Shown piece after piece: positions 57,796-64,000 of a stretch of 64,000 nucleotides of DNA. How positions within the stretch are numbered: position 1 is the stretch's first letter; every line of letters begins with the position of its first letter. Source of the DNA: Candidatus Harrisonbacteria bacterium (lineage in GTDB: Bacteria; Patescibacteriota; Minisyncoccia; UBA6257; 1-14-0-10-40-38); contig JAHFLD010000003.1 of NCBI GenBank assembly GCA_023245035.1, positions 55,736 to 119,735 of the forward strand. Reading direction: 5' to 3'. Made by a program: the position numbers and the translations under genes. Below the pieces are notes generated by a model. That model was not told the origin of the DNA, ran no database searches, and saw only the letters and a list, made by a program, of their open reading frames with translations.

Positions 57796-59466
57796 ATGTT
57801 CATACCGGAGTTCAAACCCCAGCCGGGAGTCGCCCTGCTGTCGGTTTACGACAAGACTGGAATTGTGGAGTTTGCCAATGGCCTGATTGCCATGGGCTGG
57901 AAGATTATCGCTTCCGGCGGTACCGCCAAGGTTTTGCGCGAAGCCGGTTTGTTGATCGGGGACGTGTCGGAACTGGTTCATGGCGAGCCGATTCTCGGTC
58001 ATCGCGTGGTAACGCTTTCGCGCGAGATTCATGCCGGACTCTTGGCGCAAGACACTCACGAGCACGCGCTGGAACTTAAGAAGCTGGGAATTCCGCGGAT
58101 TGACTTGGTTTGCGTGGACTTGTACCCGCTTAGGGAGGCGATTGAAGCTCCGAATCGAACGATTCACTCGGTGATTGAGATGACCGATATTGGCGGGCCG
58201 ACGCTTTTGCGGAGCGCCGCCAAGGGTAACCGGATTGTGATTTCCCGAAGCATCGACCGGAGCGCCGTGCTTAGATGGCTTCAAAAAGGGATGCCAAACA
58301 AGGAGCAGATGCTGCGCCATTTGGCCGCCAGAGCGGAAGATGAAGTGGCAAGGTATTGCACCTGGTCGGCTTGGTTTCTTAGCGATGGGCGTTTTGATGG
58401 GTTGCTAGGCGAGCGGGCATTGAATTGCAAGTATGGCGAGAATCCTTGGCAGGAGGGGGCGGCGTTCTATACCGCCGGCAAGAAGGTTGACCATCTGGCG
58501 CTTGATAAGTTTATGGCCAGGCTCGGAACCGATCCGAGTTACAACAATTTGTGCGACTTGGATCGCGCGTTGCAGACCATGACGCACATGGCTGTCGCTC
58601 TTAATGCCGGGCCTTTAGCCATATCCGAGAAGAGTATCAAGCTGGCTTTGGCCGTTAAGCATGGTAATCCGTGCGGCGCGGCTTGGGGTTTTGGTTTGAC
58701 TGAAGAGGCGGATGTCGTTCGGCGAATGGTAGCGGGTGATCCGCGGGCAATCTTTGGCGGCCTGGTGATGACTAACTTTGTTTTGACGGATGCTTGCGTT
58801 GAGTTGCTTTTGCATCACGGCTTGCCTAGGGGACAGAAGCGGGTTTTGGATGTTGTGGCCGCGGCGGGTATTACTGAGGAAGCTCTTAAGCTATTGGAGC
58901 GTAAAAACGGCAAGTGTCGAGTGATGATTAATTCTGATTTGGATGACTGGTCATTGCTTGCTCGCTTGGACGATGCTCCGCGTTTTAGGATGGTGCGCGG
59001 CGGGTTCTTGGCGCAACCGAACTACGTCTTCGCGCTTCGCGATTGGGACCAGTATCAATTTGCTTGGCCAAAGAAGACTACTTCCGAAGAAAAGCTTCGC
59101 CTGATAGAAGATATGTTTATGGCGTGGGCGATCGGATCTACAAGCAACAGCAATACCGTGACATTGGTTCGCGACCGGACTTTGATTGGCAATGGAGTCG
59201 GTCAGCAAGATCGGGTTAGCTGTGCTGAACTGGCCGTGAAGCGAGCGCGGTCGGCGGGACACGCTACCAAGGGTGCCGTAGCTTACAGTGACAGCTTCTT
59301 CCCGTTTGTTGACGGTCCAGAGGTTTTGATCAAGGCCGGTATTGCCGCCATTATGGTATCAAGCGGTTCGGTGAACGATGAGAAGGTGGTGAAGTTGTGC
59401 GCGAGACGGGGGATTGGGTTGCTGATGCTTCCGGATGCCGAGTGCAGGGGTTTCTTTGGTCATTGA
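57796..59466 (+). CDS. purH: Bifunctional AICAR transformylase / IMP cyclohydrolase
   Basis: MGS-like N-terminal domain (ALLSVYDKTGIVEFA; IASGGTAKVL) and AICARFT domain blocks (DIGGPT; YGENPWQ; SYNNL.D; KHGNPCG; FGG; YSDSFFPF). AGGAG ribosome-binding site 10 nt upstream. Confidence 0.9.
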   Translation: MFIPEFKPQPGVALLSVYDKTGIVEFANGLIAMGWKIIASGGTAKVLREAGLLIGDVSELVHGEPILGHRVVTLSREIHAGLLAQDTHEHALELKKLGIPRIDLVCVDLYPLREAIEAPNRTIHSVIEMTDIGGPTLLRSAAKGNRIVISRSIDRSAVLRWLQKGMPNKEQMLRHLAARAEDEVARYCTWSAWFLSDGRFDGLLGERALNCKYGENPWQEGAAFYTAGKKVDHLALDKFMARLGTDPSYNNLCDLDRALQTMTHMAVALNAGPLAISEKSIKLALAVKHGNPCGAAWGFGLTEEADVVRRMVAGDPRAIFGGLVMTNFVLTDACVELLLHHGLPRGQKRVLDVVAAAGITEEALKLLERKNGKCRVMINSDLDDWSLLARLDDAPRFRMVRGGFLAQPNYVFALRDWDQYQFAWPKKTTSEEKLRLIEDMFMAWAIGSTSNSNTVTLVRDRTLIGNGVGQQDRVSCAELAVKRARSAGHATKGAVAYSDSFFPFVDGPEVLIKAGIAAIMVSSGSVNDEKVVKLCARRGIGLLMLPDAECRGFFGH

Positions 59467-59574
59467 AAGTGGTTTCAAAGCTCGGGTTTTTACCCGGGCT
59501 TTTTTATTGGCGCATCACTTTCTATTTATCGTTTTTTGTGGTATTTTTTTTCTGTTCTGTGAGAGATTTTTTTT

Positions 59575-59645
59575 GCCCCTTTAGCTCAATGGCAGAGCGA
59601 TGCTTTTGTAAAGCATGGATGTCAGTTCGATTCTGACAAGGGGCT
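59575..59645 (+). tRNA. tRNA-Thr (anticodon TGT), no encoded CCA
   Basis: Acceptor GCCCCTT/AAGGGGC, D-arm GCTCAATGGCAGAGC, anticodon stem ATGCT/AGCAT with loop TTTGTAA, T-loop GTTCGATTC. Confidence 0.85.
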
Positions 59646-59684
59646 CAAATTTATTAGTTTTGAGTACCTTCACCAAAGGGGGTA

Positions 59685-60128
59685 TTGTGGTATTATGTAG
59701 AATGCATGGATACTTGTATGGGTTGCAGAAAAACTCTTTCTGAGCGTCATCAAGTTAAATATTGTTCGAATAAATGTCAGACTGATTATCAATATAAATA
59801 CTGGGTGAAGCGCTGGAAGAATGGTTTTGTGAGTGGGGGTGTCGGAATTACTGTAAGAACTGTTTCTTCTCATTTAAAGCGGTACTTGAGCGAAAAATTT
59901 AATGATCGCTGTTCTATGTGTTGTTGGAATAAAAGACATCCAATAACTGGCGTTGTCCCTTTAGAAATTGATCACATCGATGGGAATGCAGAGAATAATA
60001 TTGAAAGAAATTTGAGACTACTTTGTCCGAATTGCCATGCCTTGACCCCTTTTTATAAGAATCTTAATAAGGGCAATGGGAGAAAATGGCGTATGGATAA
60101 ATATCTTCGCAACAAACCTACTAAATAA
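59685..60128 (+). CDS. HNH endonuclease
   Basis: Two CxxC pairs and the HNH core EIDHIDGN...N...NLRLLCPNCHA. The gene is markedly AT-rich relative to its surroundings and starts 40 nt after tRNA-Thr(UGU). Confidence 0.75.
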   Translation: MWYYVECMDTCMGCRKTLSERHQVKYCSNKCQTDYQYKYWVKRWKNGFVSGGVGITVRTVSSHLKRYLSEKFNDRCSMCCWNKRHPITGVVPLEIDHIDGNAENNIERNLRLLCPNCHALTPFYKNLNKGNGRKWRMDKYLRNKPTK

Positions 60129-60173
60129 TACTTAAGATTTGAGAGCCGACTCCAGGTTTAGCTTGGTCTCTCT

Positions 60174-60719
60174 TTGTCTCTGTTCAATATTCATATGAAC
60201 CAGCCCCTTGTAATCAAAACTTTTGTGGCGATAAAAAATATCCGCTATTTGAATGTTTTTAACCGCCCAGCGCGAGGCCAGGCGATGGTCGGTATAATTA
60301 TATTTTCATTTTCGATTTGGTTTCTTGCTAATTCGGAGTTGGGGATCGGATTATATCTTTTTTTTGGTGTGGTTTTTGCGGTGACTTTTTATATCGCGGT
60401 GGTCCAGGTAATTAGGTTAAGACCCGGAATTATTGAGGCCACGGCCCGGGGGAATCTATTTGAGACCGAGAGATCTTACGATGGAACCAAAACTTTTTCT
60501 TCAAAAATACCCTCCATTGGCGGAGTTGTTGGCGTGGCTTTGTACGCCTTTCTTTCGCGTTTTGAGAATTCTGTTGTGGCTGGAGCCTTGCTTGGAATTA
60601 TTATGACCATAGGGCCTGCTTTGATTTTAGGCGTTAGTCTTGCCTATATTTATCTGGAACATAAGATTCAACGCCAGATATTGGTGCAGAGATATGAGGT
60701 TCTGAAAGTTAAGGAGTGA
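60174..60719 (+). CDS. Hypothetical membrane protein
   Basis: 181 aa with 4 hydrophobic helices. No motif recognised. Confidence 0.4.
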   Translation: MSLFNIHMNQPLVIKTFVAIKNIRYLNVFNRPARGQAMVGIIIFSFSIWFLANSELGIGLYLFFGVVFAVTFYIAVVQVIRLRPGIIEATARGNLFETERSYDGTKTFSSKIPSIGGVVGVALYAFLSRFENSVVAGALLGIIMTIGPALILGVSLAYIYLEHKIQRQILVQRYEVLKVKE

Positions 60720-60816
60720 GCTCGGGGAATAACTTGGAGCTATCAAGCGAGTGCGCTCATTGAAAGATTTGGCTATTTTACCTATACTCTCTGGAGTTCT
60801 TTGTGATTGCTGTTTT

Positions 60817-60871
60817 GCCAATGTAGCTCAGATGGTAGACCCGCCTGCCGGACGGGCAGGGCAACTCCATG
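60817..60871 (+). pseudogene. Partial 5' copy of tRNA-Thr(GGU): nt 1-34 interrupted by a 21-nt palindromic insert
   Basis: 60817-60839 is identical to nt 1-23 of the intact tRNA at 61120, and 60861-60871 is identical to nt 24-34 (GCAACTCCATG). The 21-nt insert CCCGCCTGCCGGACGGGCAGG (60840-60860) forms a hairpin. The sequence then diverges into the GIY-YIG ORF. Confidence 0.8.
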
Positions 60872-61129
60872 TATTATGTTTATGTTCTTAAAAGCTTAAG
60901 TGATCAAAAGCATTACACTGGAATGTCTATTGATCTTGAAAAAAGACTACGAAAGCATAATCGCGGCGCCAAGGGAACTCCATCAACTCGATCTCGCGGC
61001 CCGTTCTCATTAGTTTATTGCGAGAGAGTAGCTACTAGGGTAGAAGCAAGAAGAAGGGAGAAGTTTTTGAAATCAGGATTTGGCAGGGAGTTTATAAAGA
61101 ATTTTGTTGAAAAAGATTTGCCAATGTAG
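60869..61129 (+). CDS. Minimal GIY-YIG nuclease-domain protein (86 aa)
   Basis: MYYVYVLKS...HYTGMS.DLEKRLRKHN matches the GIY-YIG catalytic core (GIY..YIG..R..H.N). The start codon is the ATG of the tRNA anticodon-loop copy, and the stop TAG lies inside the first 10 nt of the intact tRNA-Thr. AT-rich. Confidence 0.7.
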   Translation: MYYVYVLKSLSDQKHYTGMSIDLEKRLRKHNRGAKGTPSTRSRGPFSLVYCERVATRVEARRREKFLKSGFGREFIKNFVEKDLPM

Positions 61130-61195
61130 CTCAGATGGTAGAGCAACTCCATGGTAAGGAGTAGGTCGCCGGTTCAATTCCGGCCATTGGCTCCA
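61120..61195 (+). tRNA. tRNA-Thr (anticodon GGT), CCA encoded
   Basis: GCCAATG TA GCTCAGATGGTAGAGC A ACTCC ATGGTAA GGAGT AGGTC GCCGGTTCAATTCCGGC CATTGGC T CCA. Confidence 0.9.
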
Positions 61196-61394
61196 AGATC
61201 AGCGCCGTAATTTCACCGGTTCCCGGTTGCCGCTTTGGGGCGGCATTGCGATTTCTAAACGCTCAAGCCTTCGCGTAGAAATCGGGAACAATTCCGGCCA
61301 TTGGCTCCACCGGAAATGAAAGAAGGATGGGTCGGAGGGGTCGTTTTTTGTTTTTCTTGCTTTTTTGATCCCGATGTTTTAGAGTGTTCTAACT

Positions 61395-61565
61395 ATGTCC
61401 GAATCCAAGTTTTCTAAAAATCTCATTAAATTGCGCTGTGGCACCTGTAAGCGATTTAATTATTACACGCGCAAGAATGTGAAGCTGGTAACGCGCAAAA
61501 TTGAGTTGAGTAAGTTTTGCAAGTTTTGCCGGAAACATACCACCCACAAGGAGGCGAAGAGGTAG
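61395..61565 (+). CDS. rpmG: 50S ribosomal protein L33
   Basis: Translates to MSESKFSKNLIKLRCGTCKRFNYYTRKNVKLVTRKIELSKFCKFCRKHTTHKEAKR, the L33 CxxC...CxxC zinc ribbon. 56 aa, below the ORF-track cutoff. Confidence 0.8.
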   Translation: MSESKFSKNLIKLRCGTCKRFNYYTRKNVKLVTRKIELSKFCKFCRKHTTHKEAKR

Positions 61566-61681
61566 GATTTTTATTAAGTCTAGAAATATAGCGAGTTAGT
61601 TATCGCGGATTTTTTTTAGGGTCTTGGTTGCCTAGCTTTTTTGTTTGGGTTAGGCTTGTTATTGGGTATCTTTTATAGTCT

Positions 61682-61752
61682 GGGAGCTTAAGTAAGTGGC
61701 ATACTGGCGGTCTCCAAAACCGCACTCGGGGGTTCGATTCCCTCAGCTCCCG
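61682..61752 (+). tRNA. tRNA-Trp (anticodon CCA), no encoded CCA end
   Basis: Acceptor GGGAGCT/AGCTCCC, anticodon stem GCGGT/ACCGC with loop CTCCAAA, T-loop GGTTCGATTCC. Confidence 0.85.
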
Positions 61753-61760
61753 CAGTAGAT

Positions 61761-61964
61761 ATGAATTTCATTTGCTCAATTCTAGATGTTTTTATTATAC
61801 CGCTTAGCTATCTATTTATCATCCCTCTATCTTTGGGCATTGCGTATGATAGTCTAAAATCTAAAGATGAATCAAAACGAGAGAAGTTTTTTATTTTTGG
61901 CTTATTAGCTTGGTTTGTCGGTGGGCTGTCCTATGGTGAGTCGCCCGTTAGTTTTTGTTCTTGA
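61761..61964 (+). CDS. Hypothetical small AT-rich membrane protein
   Basis: 67 aa, two hydrophobic segments, AT-rich. Possibly spurious. Confidence 0.25.
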   Translation: MNFICSILDVFIIPLSYLFIIPLSLGIAYDSLKSKDESKREKFFIFGLLAWFVGGLSYGESPVSFCS

Positions 61965-62264
61965 TTTTTTTCTATTTGGCGTCCAGGTCTTATTTACTTT
62001 TTTTCTTATGGCGTGTTAGCTTTAATATAGCTTTTATTCTTATGAACAAAAAAACTAAAGTTGCTCGGAAGAAGCATCGCAGAAAGCAGGGGAGGAAAGT
62101 TCCTTCTTTGCGACATCGATAAACTAAGACCGCCCTATTGTGTTGGGGCGGTTTTAGTTTGGGATTAAAAAAAATTGTGCTGTTCCGTTTTTTAGGAAGC
62201 TCCGATGTTGCAATCGGAGCACTTGTTGTTTCTAAACTCGCTACGTTCGTTAAGAAAAACTAAG

Positions 62265-62336
62265 TGCGCGTGGAAGGAATCGAACCTTCGACCCCAGTCT
62301 TATCAGGACTGTGCTCTACCACTGAGCTACACGCGC
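62265..62336 (-). tRNA. tRNA-Ile (anticodon GAT)
   Basis: Reverse complement GCGCGTG TA GCTCAGTGGTAGAGC A CAGTC CTGATAA GACTG GGGTC GAAGGTTCGATTCCTTC CACGCGC A. Confidence 0.85.
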
Positions 62337-62378
62337 GTTATTTTTTTATGCTTTGCGTATTACGGGTGCTTGGTGGAT

Positions 62379-62597
62379 CTATTGTGGCGTAACATGATCC
62401 ACGGCCTGTTTGAGAGCCGAGACGTCCAAAGTTTCACCAATTTGGGTTTTTGGGGTTTTTCCCGAGAGTGCGTCGCTCGTTTCTCGCATGAGTGTTCGCA
62501 CTGATTGGATAGTATATCCCAGGAGAATTAAAAGTAAAATACTGGCGATTACCCAGAGTATGGTTTCGTTTCGCTTGGGCGTGATGTCTTTAAGCAT
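62379..62597 (-). CDS. Hypothetical small bitopic membrane protein
   Basis: 72 aa, one TM helix (ILWVIASILLLILLGYTI). Lies directly downstream of the PilO-like gene. Confidence 0.4.
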   Translation of the reverse strand: MLKDITPKRNETILWVIASILLLILLGYTIQSVRTLMRETSDALSGKTPKTQIGETLDVSALKQAVDHVTPQ

Positions 62598-62600
62598 AGA

Positions 62601-63191
62601 TTAATTTTTGGAAAAGAGTTTTCCGCTTACGGCCAACGAGGACTTATTTTCTTCGCCGCTCACATTGACGGAATCAAGACTCATAAGGTAGGGGAGTTTT
62701 TTTAACTTGTCCATAAAAGAGATCAAGGTTTCTATGGCGCCGTCGGTGGTTAATTGAAAGGCGATGCCGGGAAGCGAATTGTCTTCGGCTTCAAACTCGG
62801 TGCCTAAGGTCATCACGGCGTTCACTCCCAGCTTTTGCGCTTCCAGGCGAATTTCTTTGGGAACTTTTAAGAGGCGGTCGCGGGTTGGCAGAATTTGATT
62901 GAGAGTTGCCCGTTCTATTTCAGTTCCCCCAAAGGCTTTCTTTAGTTCCGCGAGATTGTTTACCGAATCCCCATAGGCGCCAATGGCGCGATTTTTTTCC
63001 ACAACCAGACTGATTTTATTGGCGGTTCCGGTTCGCAGAAAGATGGTGGCGGTAATAATCAGAATACCGACAAAAAAAGTGATGCCGATATGTGTCAGCA
63101 AGCGCATGCCAAAACTTGAGGCGCTTTTTTCGTTGGGCATTTTTTTTGAATAAGCCTTCCGCCGGATTAACTTTTCATAAAATCCAGTCAC
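62601..63191 (-). CDS. Hypothetical bitopic membrane protein, possible type IV pilus assembly PilN/PilO-like
   Basis: 196 aa: a short cytoplasmic N-terminus, one TM helix, then a periplasmic alpha/beta domain. Called from architecture only. Confidence 0.4.
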   Translation of the reverse strand: MTGFYEKLIRRKAYSKKMPNEKSASSFGMRLLTHIGITFFVGILIITATIFLRTGTANKISLVVEKNRAIGAYGDSVNNLAELKKAFGGTEIERATLNQILPTRDRLLKVPKEIRLEAQKLGVNAVMTLGTEFEAEDNSLPGIAFQLTTDGAIETLISFMDKLKKLPYLMSLDSVNVSGEENKSSLAVSGKLFSKN

Positions 63192-63252
63192 GGGGGTGAA
63201 AAGGATTAGGTAAAGAATTAGGCGGCGGGTCTAGTGAATGATAGCATATTTT

Positions 63253-64000
63253 TATGGAGGCTAATGAGGAGCGTTATTTTCACGCGCTCGCCGTCGCGCT
63301 TGACGGGAGCTATCGCGCCTTGCAGTCTTTGTCGGAAAAGCACGCTTCTTGGAAGAAGGCTTGGCTTGCGCTCGGACGACCGCATCAAGAAGTTGAGAAG
63401 TTGTGGCGCGAGGTTGCTCACACCGGAACGCGCTTGATATTGCGCAATGATCCGGAATTTCCGTCTTCTCTGTCGCAGATTCCCCAGCCGCCGTTGGCGC
63501 TTTACATTCGCGGGAAGCTTCCTGATTTTTCGAAGGCCATAGCGATTGTCGGGACTCGCCGAGCGACTGCGGAGGGCAGGGCGCTGGCTTCGTCTTTGGC
63601 CGAGGATTTTGTCCGCGCGGGTTTTGTGGTGGTAAGCGGATTGGCGTTGGGAATTGACGCCGCCGCTCATGAGGGCGCGGTCCGCGTCCAAGGTTCAACG
63701 GTGGCGGTGATCGCGAGCGGGGCGGATGTTATTTCTCCGCGACAAAATGAGCGTTTGGGCGAGTCGTTGCTCGCGCGAGGCGCCATTGTTTCGGAATATC
63801 CCTGCGGGTCTGAAGCCATTGCATATCGTTTTTTGGAGAGAAATAGGATTGTAAGCGGACTCGCTTTGGGAGTGGTGGTGATTGAAGCTCCGGAGTCTTC
63901 GGGGGCGCTCGTAACCGCGAGATTTGCCCTGGAGCAGGGAAGGGATGTTTTTGTGGTTCCGGGGAGCGTGAGACATCCGAATTACCGAGGTTCTCACGCT
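63253..64000 (+). CDS. dprA: DNA processing protein DprA (Smf), 3'-truncated by the window end
   Basis: In-frame ATG at 63253 with no stop to the window end. Translation contains the DprA Rossmann-fold blocks (LYIRG....AIVGTRRAT..G; GFVVVSGLALGIDAAAHEGA; STVAVIASG; RNRIVSGLALGVVVIEA.ESSGALVTARFALEQGRDVF.VPG). Not in the supplied ORF track because it lacks a stop. Confidence 0.75.

Noticed and set aside
63218-63997. Minus-strand ORFs 63218-63691, 63261-63698 and 63695-63997
   Set aside because: They are antisense to the clearly recognisable dprA reading frame (Rossmann-fold motifs on the plus strand) and are typical GC-rich antisense artefacts.

Overview
This window looks like a reduced-genome bacterium, probably Candidate Phyla Radiation / Patescibacteria. 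That is inferred from truncated housekeeping proteins (RpoA without alpha-CTD, AlaRS of 592 aa, short EF-Ts), GT39 and GT4 glycosyltransferases, type IV pilin-like genes, an rRNA operon without 16S, and introns in the 23S. Core content is dense and syntenic: tmk, rodA, mltG, rpoB-rpoC, rpsF-ssb-rpsR, alaS, infA-rpmJ-rpsM-rpsK-rpsD-rpoA-rplQ, rplM-rpsI, mreB, holB, frr, rseP, proS, a second mreB followed by mreC-mreD-PBP2, galT-like, tpiA, murB, hpf, secA, rpsB-tsf, purH and dprA (partial). RNA genes are a 23S-5S rRNA pair with no 16S upstream, tRNA-Ala, tRNA-Tyr, two tRNA-Thr, tRNA-Trp and tRNA-Ile. The features most worth a second look are: (1) the 23S rRNA (about 3.9 kb) carries three identical 100-nt hairpin insertions at helix-9, helix-25 and helix-45 positions, plus two ORF-less group-I-like introns at E. 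coli positions near 1917 and 2593; (2) a tRNA/nuclease hotspot at 59.5-62.4 kb, where a minimal GIY-YIG nuclease ORF starts from the anticodon-loop ATG of a partial 5' copy of tRNA-Thr(GGU) and ends inside the intact tRNA-Thr(GGU), with an AT-rich HNH nuclease beside tRNA-Thr(UGU); (3) two GC-rich, codon-usage-distinct inserts, 37.2-38.1 kb between rseP and proS and 48.9-50.3 kb between hpf and secA, each with its own terminator; (4) a 760-bp non-coding region with two 72-nt direct repeats between the SIMPL-domain gene and murB; (5) an uncharacterized operon at 25.6-29.1 kb with an actin-fold-like protein and a bitopic membrane protein. Coordinates I derived by hand (tRNAs, introns, small genes) may be off by 1-2 nt.
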